A DNA stretch of 40,216 nt from Kayfunavirus CLBP1, in the sequence record OZ035730.1; one strand, given 5' to 3'. Each line of letters starts with the position of its first letter. The first letter of the stretch is position 1. Position numbers and translations under genes: made by a program. This document shows, in pieces, positions 25,719-36,600 of this stretch. The notes under the pieces are model-generated. The model saw only the letters and a program-made list of their open reading frames with translations, was not told the DNA's origin and did not search any database.

Positions 25719-26768
25719 ATGGCAAACGTTCCGGGTCAGAAAATTGGTACAGACCAAGGTAAAGGCAAATCCAGTTCCGACGCTCTGGCGTTGTTCCTGA
25801 AGGTCTTTGCTGGTGAAGTCCTGACCGCATTCACTCGCCGCTCTGTAACGGCTGACAAGCATATTGTCCGTACCATTCAGAACGGTAAGTCTGCTCAGTT
25901 CCCGGTCATGGGTCGCACCTCTGGTGTGTATCTGGCTCCCGGTGAGCGACTGTCCGATAAGCGCAAAGGTATCAAACATACCGAGAAAGTGATTACCATT
26001 GACGGTCTGCTGACTGCTGATGTGATGATTTTCGACATTGAAGACGCGATGAACCACTATGACGTGGCTGGTGAGTATTCCAACCAGCTAGGTGAAGCTC
26101 TGGCTATCGCTGCTGATGGTGCGGTTTTAGCTGAAATGGCTATCCTGTGCAACCTTCCGGCTGCATCCAACGAGAACATCGCTGGTCTTGGCAAAGCGTC
26201 TGTGCTGGAAGTTGGTACTAAAGCCGACCTGAACACTCCGGCTAAGCTGGGTGAAGCAATCATCGGTCAACTGACCATTGCTCGTGCGAAGCTGACATCC
26301 AACTACGTTCCTGCTGGCGACCGTTACTTCTACACCACGCCGGACAACTACTCTGCAATCCTCGCGGCTCTGATGCCGAACGCTGCTAACTATGCTGCGC
26401 TGATTGATCCAGAGACTGGTAACATCCGTAACGTAATGGGCTTCGTGGTTGTTGAAGTTCCACACTTGACTCAGGGTGGTGCTGGTGAAACTCGTGGTGA
26501 TGACGGCATCACTATCGCTTCCGGTCAGAAGCACGCCTTCCCGGCTACTGCTACTGGTGATGTTAAAGTTGCGCTGGACAACGTTGTGGGCCTGTTCTCT
26601 CACCGTTCTGCCGTAGGCACTGTTAAGCTGCGTGATTTGGCGCTGGAACGTGACCGTGACGTCGATGCTCAGGGCGACCTGATTGTTGGTAAGTACGCTA
26701 TGGGTCACGGTGGTCTGCGTCCAGAAGCAGCAGGCGCACTGGTTTTCACAGCAGCGTCAGCGGGTTAA
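25719..26768 (+). CDS. Major capsid protein (T7 gp10A-like)
   Basis: 349 aa; long collinear match to remembered T7 gp10A (SAQFPVMGRTSGVYLAPGE, HTEKVITIDGLLTADV, AILAALMPNAANYAALIDPE, SAVGTVKLRDLALER, KYAMGHGGLRPEAAG). Confidence 0.97.
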   Translation: MANVPGQKIGTDQGKGKSSSDALALFLKVFAGEVLTAFTRRSVTADKHIVRTIQNGKSAQFPVMGRTSGVYLAPGERLSDKRKGIKHTEKVITIDGLLTADVMIFDIEDAMNHYDVAGEYSNQLGEALAIAADGAVLAEMAILCNLPAASNENIAGLGKASVLEVGTKADLNTPAKLGEAIIGQLTIARAKLTSNYVPAGDRYFYTTPDNYSAILAALMPNAANYAALIDPETGNIRNVMGFVVVEVPHLTQGGAGETRGDDGITIASGQKHAFPATATGDVKVALDNVVGLFSHRSAVGTVKLRDLALERDRDVDAQGDLIVGKYAMGHGGLRPEAAGALVFTAASAG

Positions 26769-27031
26769 CGACCTTTAAGGCCCTCTCTACCGAGGGTCCT
26801 ACCTTAGAGACGTATAGTTCTACGGTGGGAACCAGCTTGAAGGTTGACTTCCCTGAGCTTTCAGATGTGACCGACTGGTCACTGCTTGATGTTGCTACGC
26901 CTGATGGTGTTAGTTACTCCCGTAGAACCAACAGTCTCTACTTCAGGGCCACCTCTGGCGTGGAAGGTCTAGTGATTGTTGAGTATGACGGTTCGCCTGT
27001 GCGTTCCTTCAACGTATCTTTCACAAACTAA
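25719..27031 (+). CDS. Minor capsid protein (gp10B-like) predicted from -1 frameshift at 26741-26747
   Basis: After slippage the -1 frame continues about 95 codons (FHSSVSGLTTFKALSTEGPTLETYSSTVGTSLKVDFPELSDV...SFNVSFTN) to TAA at 27029-27031; the C-terminal part is track ORF 26825..27031. Confidence 0.55.
26741..26747 (+). other. -1 programmed ribosomal frameshift slippery site G GUU UUC
   Basis: GGTTTTC three codons upstream region of the 10A stop, within ...ALVF, the same heptamer and context as I recall for T7 10A/10B; the -1 frame is open from here to 27031. Confidence 0.6.
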
Positions 27032-27037
27032 TTGAAA

Positions 27038-27075
27038 CCCCTTGGGTGCCTTCGGGTGCTTGAGGGGTTTTTTTT
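27038..27075 (+). terminator. Tphi-like terminator after the capsid gene
   Basis: CCCCUUGGGUGCC (27038-27050), UUCG loop, GGGUGCUUGAGGGG (27055-27067), then eight U; resembles T7 Tphi in sequence and position. Confidence 0.8.
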
Positions 27076-27090
27076 GCTTAAGGAGGGCCT

Positions 27091-27657
27091 ATGGCTCAAT
27101 ACATTCCACTAAATGCTAACGATGACTTAGATGCCATCAACGATATGTTAGCTGCTATCGGTGAACCAGCAGTCCTACAGCTTGACGAAGGTAACGCTGA
27201 CGTCTCGAACGCTCAACGTATCCTGCATCGTGTCAATCGTCAGGTCCAAGCTAAAGGCTGGAACTTTAACATCAACGAAGCTGCTGTCCTGACGCCTGAT
27301 GTCCAAGACAACAGGATTCGATTCCTGCCGTCTTACCTTCGGGTCATGACTGCTGGTGCTACCAGTTACTACAGCAACATGGGGGGCTATCTCTATGACC
27401 TGTCCACTCAGTCCACGACATTCACTGGACCAATTACAGTCGAACTGGTGGAGATGAAACCGTTCGCTGAGATGCCTGTAGTATTCCGTGACTACATCGT
27501 TACCAAGGCCAGCCGTGAGTTCAACGCTAAGTTCTTCGGTAGCCCAGAGTCTGAACTGTACCTTCGTGAGCAGGAAGCAGAACTCTATCAGCAGGTCATG
27601 GAATACGAGATGGACACTGGTCGCTACAACATGATGTCCGACATCGGGAGGGACTAA
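27091..27657 (+). CDS. Tail tubular protein A (T7 gp11-like)
   Basis: 188 aa; LAAIGEP, RQVQAKGWNFNI, IVTKASREFNAKFFG, EYEMDTGRYNM match remembered T7 gp11. Confidence 0.92.
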   Translation: MAQYIPLNANDDLDAINDMLAAIGEPAVLQLDEGNADVSNAQRILHRVNRQVQAKGWNFNINEAAVLTPDVQDNRIRFLPSYLRVMTAGATSYYSNMGGYLYDLSTQSTTFTGPITVELVEMKPFAEMPVVFRDYIVTKASREFNAKFFGSPESELYLREQEAELYQQVMEYEMDTGRYNMMSDIGRD

Positions 27658-27884
27658 TGGCTAGTCACAACCTGAAGATTCACCGCCGACACTTTGGCCC
27701 GGTACAACTAGGTCTAAAGACAGCAGAGCTGAGACTTAACGACCGGGACTTTAAGGTTGGCGACTGGCTTATCCTGAATGAGTGGGACAACGGGTATACT
27801 GGACAACAGGTAGCGCGTAAGGTTATCCACATTGCTGACGTTGGTGACATCGCTGAAGGATACGTCCTAATGAGTATGATTTAA
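27657..27884 (+). CDS. DUF3850/ASCH-like small protein inserted between gp11 and gp12
   Basis: 75 aa; KIHRRHFGPVQLGLKTAELRLNDRDFKVGDWLILNEW...GYTGQQVARKVIHI resembles the DUF3850 (PUA/ASCH-like) pattern as I recall it; ATG overlaps gp11 stop. Confidence 0.6.
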   Translation: MASHNLKIHRRHFGPVQLGLKTAELRLNDRDFKVGDWLILNEWDNGYTGQQVARKVIHIADVGDIAEGYVLMSMI

Positions 27885-27893
27885 GGAGGGCCT

Positions 27894-30251
27894 ATGCCGC
27901 TTATCACACAAAGCATAAAAAATCTTAAGGGTGGCATTAGCCAACAGCCTGACATCCTGAGGTTCTCAGACCAAGGCGAGGAGCAAGTTAACTGCTGGTC
28001 ATCAGAGAGTGATGGCCTCCAGAAGCGTCCACCTACAGTCTTCAAGAGACGTCTTAACATCGACGTTGGGAGTAACCCTAAGTTCCACCTGATTAACCGT
28101 GACGAGCATGAGCAGTATTACATCGTGTTCAATGGGTCCAACATTCAGGTAGTTGACTTGAGTGGTAATCAATACTCAGTTTCCGGTGCGGTAGATTACG
28201 TTACGTCGTCCAACCCGAGAGATGACATCCGTGTCGTTACTGTGGCAGACTATACGTTCGTCGTTAACCGTAAGGTTGTCGTTAAAGGTGGAAGCGAGAA
28301 GTCACACTCTGGTTATAATCGTAAAGCTCGTGCTTTAATTAACCTGCGTGGTGGACAGTATGGTCGCACCCTTAAGGTAGGAATCAACGGAGGAGTTAAG
28401 GTTTCGCATAAGTTGCCAGCAGGTAATGATGCCGAGAATGACCCTCCTAAGGTTGATGCTCAGGCTATCGGTGCAGCTCTAAGAGACCTTCTTGTTGCTG
28501 CTTACCCTACCTTCACGTTCGACCTTGGGTCTGGCTTCCTGTTAATCACTGCCCCTTCAGGTACTGACATTAACTCAGTGGAGACGGAGGATGGATACGC
28601 TAACCAGCTAATCAGCCCAGTCCTCGACACGGTGCAAACAATCTCTAAGTTGCCTCTTGCAGCTCCAAATGGGTACATCATTAAGATTCAAGGTGAGACC
28701 AACAGTAGCGCCGATGAATACTACGTGATGTATGACTCCAACACTAAGACGTGGAAGGAGACAGTAGAGCCGGGAGTAGTCACTGGGTTCGATAACACCA
28801 CAATGCCGCATGCTCTGGTGAGACAATCTGACGGCTCCTTTGAGTTCAAGACTCTGGACTGGTCTAAGCGTGGTGCTGGTAATGATGACACAAACCCTAT
28901 GCCTAGCTTCGTGGATGCTACGATTAACGATGTGTTCTTCTACAGGAACAGGCTAGGTTTCTTGTCAGGCGAGAACGTAATCATGAGCCGTTCAGCCAGC
29001 TACTTTGCGTTCTTCCCTAAGAGTGTGGCGACACTGAGCGATGATGATCCTATTGACGTAGCTGTAAGTCATCCTAGAATCTCAATCCTTAAGTATGCCG
29101 TTCCGTTTAGCGAGCAGCTACTACTTTGGTCGGATGAGGTGCAGTTCGTGATGACAAGCTCAGGGGTCCTTACCTCGAAGTCTATCCAGCTTGATGTAGG
29201 CTCAGAGTTTGCCTTAGGAGATAATGCCAGACCGTTCGCTGTAGGACGCTCAGTCTTCTTCTCAGCACCTCGTGGGTCATTCACCAGCATTAAGCGATAC
29301 TTCGCTGTAGCAGATGTGTCTGACGTGAAGGATGCCGATGATACCACTGGTCACGTACTGTCCTATATCCCTAACGGGGTGTTTGACATTCAGGGAACAG
29401 GAACTGAGAACTACATCTGCGTCAACTCTACAGGTGCATACAACCGAATCTACATCTACAAGTTCTTGTTTAAGGACGGCGTACAGCTTCAAGCCTCTTG
29501 GTCGCACTGGGAGTTCCATAAAGACGATAAGATTCTGGCATCTGCGTCTATTGGCTCTACCATGTTCATCGTTCGTCAGCACCAAGGTGGCGTGGATATT
29601 GAGCACCTTAAGTTCATCAAGGAGGCAACTGACTTTACGTCAGAGCCATATAGACTCCACGTTGACTCCAAGGTGTCTATGGTTATCCCAATTGGCTCAT
29701 ATAACGCTGACACCTATAAGACTACGGTGGACATTGGTACTGCTTATGGCGGCAACGCTCCGTCTCCCGGTCGGTACTATCTGATTGACAGTCAGGGTGC
29801 TTATGTAGACCTTGGTGATCTGACTAGCACCTCCACTGTTGTTACCGTTAATGGCGATTGGTCAGGACGTACAGTGTTCATCGGAAGGGCTTACCTGATG
29901 TCATACAAGTTCTCAAGGTTCCTTATTAAGATTGAAGATGATAGTGGAACTCAGTCTGAAGACACTGGTCGTCTACAGCTTCGTCGTGCTTGGGTAAACT
30001 ACAAGGACACTGGTGCTCTTAGACTCATTGTCAGAAACGGTGAGAGGGAGTTCGTGAACACCTTCAACGGGTATACCCTTGGTCAGCAAACCATAGGCAC
30101 TACCAACATTGGGGATGGTCAGTATCGCTTCGCTATGAATGGTAACGCATTAACCACGAGTCTAACCTTAGAGTCCGACTATCCTACCCCAGTGTACATC
30201 GTTGGATGTGGCTGGGAGGCTTCATACGCTAAGAAAGCTCGTTCCGTCTAA
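27894..30251 (+). CDS. Tail tubular protein B (T7 gp12-like)
   Basis: 785 aa; ITQSIKNLKGGISQQPDILRF, LINRDEHEQYY, TVADYTFVVNRKV, ILKYAVPFSEQLLLWSDE, GRLQLRRAWVNY match remembered T7 gp12. Confidence 0.97.
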   Translation: MPLITQSIKNLKGGISQQPDILRFSDQGEEQVNCWSSESDGLQKRPPTVFKRRLNIDVGSNPKFHLINRDEHEQYYIVFNGSNIQVVDLSGNQYSVSGAVDYVTSSNPRDDIRVVTVADYTFVVNRKVVVKGGSEKSHSGYNRKARALINLRGGQYGRTLKVGINGGVKVSHKLPAGNDAENDPPKVDAQAIGAALRDLLVAAYPTFTFDLGSGFLLITAPSGTDINSVETEDGYANQLISPVLDTVQTISKLPLAAPNGYIIKIQGETNSSADEYYVMYDSNTKTWKETVEPGVVTGFDNTTMPHALVRQSDGSFEFKTLDWSKRGAGNDDTNPMPSFVDATINDVFFYRNRLGFLSGENVIMSRSASYFAFFPKSVATLSDDDPIDVAVSHPRISILKYAVPFSEQLLLWSDEVQFVMTSSGVLTSKSIQLDVGSEFALGDNARPFAVGRSVFFSAPRGSFTSIKRYFAVADVSDVKDADDTTGHVLSYIPNGVFDIQGTGTENYICVNSTGAYNRIYIYKFLFKDGVQLQASWSHWEFHKDDKILASASIGSTMFIVRQHQGGVDIEHLKFIKEATDFTSEPYRLHVDSKVSMVIPIGSYNADTYKTTVDIGTAYGGNAPSPGRYYLIDSQGAYVDLGDLTSTSTVVTVNGDWSGRTVFIGRAYLMSYKFSRFLIKIEDDSGTQSEDTGRLQLRRAWVNYKDTGALRLIVRNGEREFVNTFNGYTLGQQTIGTTNIGDGQYRFAMNGNALTTSLTLESDYPTPVYIVGCGWEASYAKKARSV

Positions 30252-30275
30252 CTTATTGATTGGCCTATAGATTCA

Positions 30276-30298
30276 CCTTAACTATCACTATAGGGACT
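30276..30298 (+). promoter_or_regulatory. Phage RNAP promoter (phi13-like)
   Basis: CCTTAACTATCACTATAGGGACT; +1 G at 30293. Confidence 0.8.
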
Positions 30299-30337
30299 AT
30301 AGGCCCTTTAAGTTATAATACTTTAAGAGGAGACTTT

Positions 30338-30808
30338 ATGTATATTCGTAAAGCTACGGAACCGGATGTCCACTACTTTCTGTGGCATCTTTCAGCAGAT
30401 GATGTTAACGAATGCAAAGCAAACTACGGGTCAACCGTGGGTCTCTCTGAGAGACTGCTTAAGCATCTATCTCCATCATCTGTGGTTTTAACGAACGGTG
30501 TAGGTGAAGTGTTTGCCTATGGTGGAAACCAAGGGGATAACGTATGGTTCTTGACTTCAGGTCTGGTCTATAAGCTGAGACCTAAAGAGAAGCGAGAGTT
30601 CATAAAGTGTATCTCTGAGTACAGGGACTTAATGTTAGACCAATACGGGACCATCTGGAACTACGTGTGGTCAGGCAATAAGTCTCACATTAAATTCTTG
30701 AAGTTGCTTGGCGCTAAATTCCATGATGATTGGACTGTAAGCCCAGTAACTGGTGAGCGTTTTCAACTATTCACTATCTCTAAGGAGGACGTATGTGCGA
30801 GCCAGTAA
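30338..30808 (+). CDS. Internal virion protein A (gp13-like by position)
   Basis: ATG 30338 with SD GAGGAG; 156 aa; assignment by synteny only. Track ORF 30260 starts upstream inside the promoter. Confidence 0.55.
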   Translation: MYIRKATEPDVHYFLWHLSADDVNECKANYGSTVGLSERLLKHLSPSSVVLTNGVGEVFAYGGNQGDNVWFLTSGLVYKLRPKEKREFIKCISEYRDLMLDQYGTIWNYVWSGNKSHIKFLKLLGAKFHDDWTVSPVTGERFQLFTISKEDVCASQ

Positions 30809-31377
30809 GTATCGGCATGGGTATTATGGCTGTAGCTGGTGCCACTATGTCCGCATCCCAACAGGCCAAGGCTGAAGGAGCAGCAATTGACGCTCAGAAC
30901 CGACAGGCTCAGGAAATGGTTAAGCAGATGAACTACTCTGACGCCAACCTGAGGATGCAGGAGCGAGACCTGAAGGAGCAGCAGATGGCTGAACTGACAG
31001 AGACCACGCTCAACGGTATCCGCAATCAGGGTATGGTCCGAGCTGCGGTGTCTGAGTCCGGTCTGGAAGGTAACTCTATGGACAGGATTGAACGTCAGGT
31101 CGCAGGAGATACAGTCAAGGAGCGAGCAGGGATTACCGAAAGTTACAACCGCGACTATGCGGCTATCTTCGGGAACCGTATCGCCAACATTGAGAACACC
31201 AAGTCTGCTATCCGTGGTCAAGGTAAAATCATCAAGACCAGCCCACTGGCTCATGCACTTAATGTTGCTAGTGCCGGGATGCAGGGATACGCTGCTGGTA
31301 AGTCAATCTCTGGGGCATCAAGCTCTGGTGCTGCACCGATTAGTGCTGCTAAAGGCACGCCTACAGGTCATAGCTAA
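30793..31377 (+). CDS. Internal virion protein B (T7 gp14-like)
   Basis: 194 aa; starts MC..., central LEGNSMDRIERQ and RDYAAIFG match remembered T7 gp14. Confidence 0.85.
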   Translation: MCEPVSIGMGIMAVAGATMSASQQAKAEGAAIDAQNRQAQEMVKQMNYSDANLRMQERDLKEQQMAELTETTLNGIRNQGMVRAAVSESGLEGNSMDRIERQVAGDTVKERAGITESYNRDYAAIFGNRIANIENTKSAIRGQGKIIKTSPLAHALNVASAGMQGYAAGKSISGASSSGAAPISAAKGTPTGHS

Positions 31378-31388
31378 GAGGAGGACTA

Positions 31389-33671
31389 ATGGCTAGTAAT
31401 ATTGAATCAGCTCTGGCTAATCGGACTATGGGTCGTGGCAGAGCGCCGGGTAAAACTATCGCCGTCAACTATCAAGCAGCCAGCGTTCAGGCTCAGACTG
31501 GTGACTCCGGTCTGGCTCGTGCGTTAACCAACTTCGTTGAGTCTGGGACTGGATTGTACAAGCAGTTCAAGGACGAGGAGAAGACACGGGCCGACGAGCG
31601 GTCTAACGAGATTATCCGTAAGCTGACACCTCAGCAAAGACGTGAGGCTATCCAGAACGGCACACTGCTGTATCAGGACGACCCTTACGCTATGGAAGCA
31701 CTTCGAGTCAAGACAGGTCGTAACGCTGCCTTTGCAGTGGATGACGAGATTAACGTTAAGATTCAGAACGGTGAGTTCCGTACACGTCAGGAAATGGAAG
31801 AGTATCGCCACCAGCGACTTCAGGACGCCGCTAAGTCCTATGCTGAAGAGGCGGGTATTAACCCTACCGATGAGTTCTTCCAGCGCGGGTTCAACGATAA
31901 CATCACAGACCGCAACATCGCTATCTATGGGTCTTTCAATAAGTATTTCAGCAAGCAGTCTGAAGAGACAGCAATGTTGAACACTCGTATTGAGATGAAC
32001 TCGTTCCTTAACGATGGGGACCTGATGCGTTCGCCTGAGTCTGGAAAGACCTTCATGGCCTACCTTCGGGATGGGCTGACGACTGCTGCTATCCCTTCGG
32101 ACCAGCGAGCACGAGAGGTCATCACCCAGACTGTCCGTGACGCAATCCAGAAGTCAGGAGGCTCAAACTTCCTACAGCAAGTCCGTGGCGAGCGTATCAC
32201 CCTTAACGGCATTGATGCTACCATCGAAGAGATTGTAGGCCCTGACGTCTTCAATGCTGCTGTGGTTGAGGCTCAAGGTACTGAGTACAAGCTGGTGGCT
32301 AAGTATCAGGAAGACTTATCGTTAGGCGTTCAGTCTGCGATTCTTCAGGACGACCCAACCATCGGTCTGGCCCAGATTCAGAAACTCAAGGAGCAGAACA
32401 ACCTGCTTCAACCGGGTGAAGAACTCACTCCCCAGCGTCAGATGCTCATTAACGCCGAAGCCACCTTACTAGAAGCGGTAAAACGTAAGTCTGCTGAACA
32501 GGCGAAGGAGAACACTAAGTTAATCCAGACCCAGAACAAGCAACTGGTCATTGACCAAGTGTATCAGCGACGTCTGGCTGGGGACAACGTGTCCACCAAC
32601 TATGAGGACCTTCCGGTCTCAGATGCTACAGGAGAGTTCAAGCGTTCGGACATGAACAACTATGCGTCTGCCAAGCTACAGCAGATTGACCAGATGGACA
32701 TCCCTGAGGCCGCTAAAGACGCTCAGAAGGTGGCATTGTTAAGAGCTGACACTAACAACGGTCCTTTCCGTAATGCCTTCCAGACGCTGACTCAGGACGC
32801 TGCTGGTGAGTGGCAAGCTGCGGTCATCCGTGGGCAGTACGACCCAGACAAGATGCAACGCTTCGAATCTCTTCGTCGTGCCTACACTCAGGACCCTTCA
32901 AGTTTCGCTGCTCTGTATCCTGACCAAGCTCAGTTGTTCTCTACGTTCGACCAGATGGACAAGATGGGTCTGGACCCTCAGACGATGATTGAAGCTGATA
33001 AGCAAGCTGCAAGTCAAAGCCGTGAGATGCGAATGGAGTCAGACAAGGCGTGGCAGGAGTTGAAGAATGACTCCAAGAACACCCAGTTGTCTCGCCTACC
33101 AACGTCTCTGGACGCAAGTGCTCGTAAGGTCTGGGACTCATGGTACTATCGTACAGGTAACGCTGACGCTGCAACGCAGCAGACTCAACGCTGGCTGAAT
33201 GAGAACACCGTAACGTTCCAGTCTGAAGGTTCTGACGGTAAGTCAATCGGCATGGTGTCCAAGCACCAGCTTATGGTCGGGGATAACCCAGAGTCGTGGC
33301 AGGTGGGTCGAGACATTATCGACACAGCTCGTCAGCAACTCATTAAGGCCAACCCTTGGGTAGTGAACTCTCAGTTGTCCGTTGTTGAACAGAACGGCTC
33401 TATCTTCCTCCAAGACGCTACAGGTACTATTCGCATTCGCTACGATAAAGAACTTGTAGGTAAACTCTACCGCGAACAACAGCAGAAGGCACAAGATGCC
33501 GCATATGCTCAGGCAGAACGTGACGCTAACAAGCGAGCGCGTATCGTCGGGACTAAAGCTGCTGGTGACAAACGTCGAGCTGACCGAGAGGCCAACATCG
33601 AGAAGCGCGGTGGGATGTACAATGACGTCTCACTGGAGGGTATCGCAAACGTACTAATCGGTAAGGAGTAA
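31389..33671 (+). CDS. Internal core protein C (T7 gp15-like)
   Basis: 760 aa; ADERSNEIIRKLTPQQRREAIQNGTLLYQDDPYAMEALRVKTGRNAA nearly identical to remembered T7 gp15. Confidence 0.95.
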   Translation: MASNIESALANRTMGRGRAPGKTIAVNYQAASVQAQTGDSGLARALTNFVESGTGLYKQFKDEEKTRADERSNEIIRKLTPQQRREAIQNGTLLYQDDPYAMEALRVKTGRNAAFAVDDEINVKIQNGEFRTRQEMEEYRHQRLQDAAKSYAEEAGINPTDEFFQRGFNDNITDRNIAIYGSFNKYFSKQSEETAMLNTRIEMNSFLNDGDLMRSPESGKTFMAYLRDGLTTAAIPSDQRAREVITQTVRDAIQKSGGSNFLQQVRGERITLNGIDATIEEIVGPDVFNAAVVEAQGTEYKLVAKYQEDLSLGVQSAILQDDPTIGLAQIQKLKEQNNLLQPGEELTPQRQMLINAEATLLEAVKRKSAEQAKENTKLIQTQNKQLVIDQVYQRRLAGDNVSTNYEDLPVSDATGEFKRSDMNNYASAKLQQIDQMDIPEAAKDAQKVALLRADTNNGPFRNAFQTLTQDAAGEWQAAVIRGQYDPDKMQRFESLRRAYTQDPSSFAALYPDQAQLFSTFDQMDKMGLDPQTMIEADKQAASQSREMRMESDKAWQELKNDSKNTQLSRLPTSLDASARKVWDSWYYRTGNADAATQQTQRWLNENTVTFQSEGSDGKSIGMVSKHQLMVGDNPESWQVGRDIIDTARQQLIKANPWVVNSQLSVVEQNGSIFLQDATGTIRIRYDKELVGKLYREQQQKAQDAAYAQAERDANKRARIVGTKAAGDKRRADREANIEKRGGMYNDVSLEGIANVLIGKE

Positions 33672-33675
33672 CATA

Positions 33676-36600
33676 ATGGCGACTCGTGGTATTCGCAATA
33701 ACAATCCGGGTAACATCCGGGTAAGTAAGGACCAATGGGAAGGAATGACTGGAGATGATGGCGCATTCGTCACCTTCGATAGTCCAGAGTCTGGCGTCCG
33801 AGCTTTAGGTAAAAACCTGCTGTCCTACGGTCGCCAAGGTTATGATTCCATCGAGAAGATTATCAACAGATGGGCACCTCCTAACGAGAACGACACTAAG
33901 GCTTATATTGACTCAGTGGTGGCTGCAACTGGTATTCCAGCTACACAGAGTCTCGACCTATCGGACCCTGACACCCTGTCTTCTCTGGCACAAGCTATCA
34001 GCTTCCATGAGACAGGCTCACGGTACGACCCTGAAGTCTATCAGAAGGGAGTCGCACGGGCACTCAACGGCATTAGCCCAAAGACTCCACCAGTAAGCGC
34101 TAACGTATTTGACGCACTCACGGAAGGATTAAAGTCGAAACCTAAAGTATCTCTGGGTGAGAACCTTCCGACCGCTGCTGGTTTGAACATTGAGGGTCAA
34201 GCACCTGAAGCTCCCAACGAATCGTTCGGTGAGATGTTCTATAAGGCTACTGGAGAGACCATGCAGGAGCGAGAGGAGCGCTCTACGTGGTTCGGTTTTG
34301 GTTCTGCTACAGAAGCTGAAGTGAAGAACTCTATGGTAGGCGTGGCTATCCGCGCTGGTCAGACTGAGGACTCACTGGATGTCATTGGCGACGTGTTCAA
34401 CCCGACCCGATGGAACAACCACAAGTGGTCCCGCGAGGAGTTAGACCAGATTCGTAACGCTGGGGTCCTGCCTCAGTATTACGGGGTTATCACTGGCGGC
34501 TCCCCTCAGAACCTGACCGAGCTGATTAACTTGGCGCTGGAGAACCAGAAGTTAGACGCTGAGAAGTCTAAGGCCGGGACTGGCGCTCAACTGGCTGCTG
34601 GTGTAATTGGTGCTGGTGTGGACCCTCTAACCTACGTTCCTATCGCTGGACAGGTAGGCAAAGGTGGTAAGCTCGTCAACAAGATGTTCACCGTGGCTGC
34701 TCAATCTGGCGCTCTGGCTGGTGCCTCTGAGTTGGCTCGCACCTCAGTTGCTGGTGGTGATGCTTATGTGGCTGAGGCTATTATGGGTGGCGCTCTCTTC
34801 GGTGGCGGGATGACTGCTATCGGCGATGCTATCGGCAAGGCCCTCGGTAAGTCTACCAATGAGTTCGCTGGCCCAGCTACACGTCTGGAAGCCCGCGAGA
34901 CCGCTCGTAACGTTGATGGGCAGGACCTGTCTCGCCTACCTATTCAGGAAGGTGAGCAGACCTTTAGTCACCAAGGCGTTAAGTTCGCTGACGTGCCGAA
35001 TGAGCCGGGAAGTGTACGACTGGAAGATGGCTCAATCCTGATTGGTGAGAACCCTCTGAACCCTAAGACACGTCAAGTCTTTGACGAAGTGATTGAGCCG
35101 GAACGTGCCGCTGCTGGTGTGAACCTTGGTGGACTTACCGAGATTGGCCTGAAGCTGCTTCGGTCTGAGAACCCTGAGATTCGTGGAGTAGCTGCTGACT
35201 TAGTGCGTTCACCGACTGGTATGCAGTCTGGGGCCTCAGGTAAAATCGGGACCACTGCGTCTGACGTATTCGAGAGACTTCGTGCTGTAGACCATCGGTT
35301 CTACAACGACATCGACGATGCGGTTACTGAGGCGCTCAAAGACCCATACTTCCAGACAGCATTCTGGCGAGACTCTGGAGCATTCCGTCAGGACATCTAC
35401 CAGCGCGTGTCTATGGCTATCGAAGATGGTAGCGGAAACCTGAAGTCTGAACTGACTCCGGGAGAACTGAAAGTCTATGACCTACTGAAGAACCAGTTTG
35501 ACGCCAAGCGTGAGATGATGGAGAACCCAGCTATGTTTGGTCGGCCAGACGCTCAGTCTATCTTTCCGGGTAGCCGCTTCAAGGGAACCTACGTCCCTCA
35601 TGTGTATAGCAAACAGATGAAGGAGCTGTACATCAAGGAGCTTGGGAGTCCAGAGGCACTACAGGAGGCCATCAAGAAGTCATGGCTTACCAGCTATGCG
35701 TCTCGACCTGAAGTCAAGAAACGCGTGGACGAGGCACTCTTAGAGGCTGACCCTACGTTGACTCCAGAGGGACTTGCTGCTGCGGTCGATAAGTACGCCA
35801 ATGATAAGGCTTACGGTATCTCTCACACCGAGCAGTTCGAACGCTCCTCCGTAATGGAAGAGAACATCAACGGTCTTGTGGGTCTGGAGAACAACAGCTT
35901 CCTTGAGGCTCGTAACCTGTTTGATAGCGATATGTCAATCGTTCTGCCGAACGGTCAGACCTTCAGTGTCAACAATCTGCGTGAGTGGGACATGGATAAG
36001 ATTGTCCCTGCTTATAACCGTCGAGTTAATGGTGACATTGCTATCATGGCTGGTACAGGGAAGACTACGAAGGAAATGAAGGATTTAGTTGAGACCATGA
36101 TGAACAAGGCTGGGGATGACGGTAAGTTGAAAGGTGAGGTATCGACCTTACGTGACACCTTGAAGATTCTCACTGGTCGTGCTCGACGTGATGGGGCTGA
36201 TGATGCAGCCTTCGCTACAGTGATGCGCACAATGACAGACCTATCGTTCTTCGCTAAGAATGCCTACATGGGTGTTCAGAACTTAACGGAGATTGGTGGT
36301 ATGCTGGCCCGTGGTAACGTTCGTGCGCTGCTGCATGGAGTCCCTATTTTCCGTGACCTAGCCTTCCGTAACAAGAAGGTAGGGGCCTCAGAGATTAAGG
36401 ACCTGCACAATGTTATCTTCGGTAAGGAACTTGATGACTCAATCCGTCCGTCTAAACAGGATGTCATCGACCGACTACGAGCTTACAGCGCCTTGAGTAA
36501 ACCTACGGCTACGGCTTTAGGCTCTGCCAAGTATTACACTGGTGAACTTGCCGTACGCTCTCCGTTCACTAAAGTCCTCAACGGTACGACCAACTACCTG

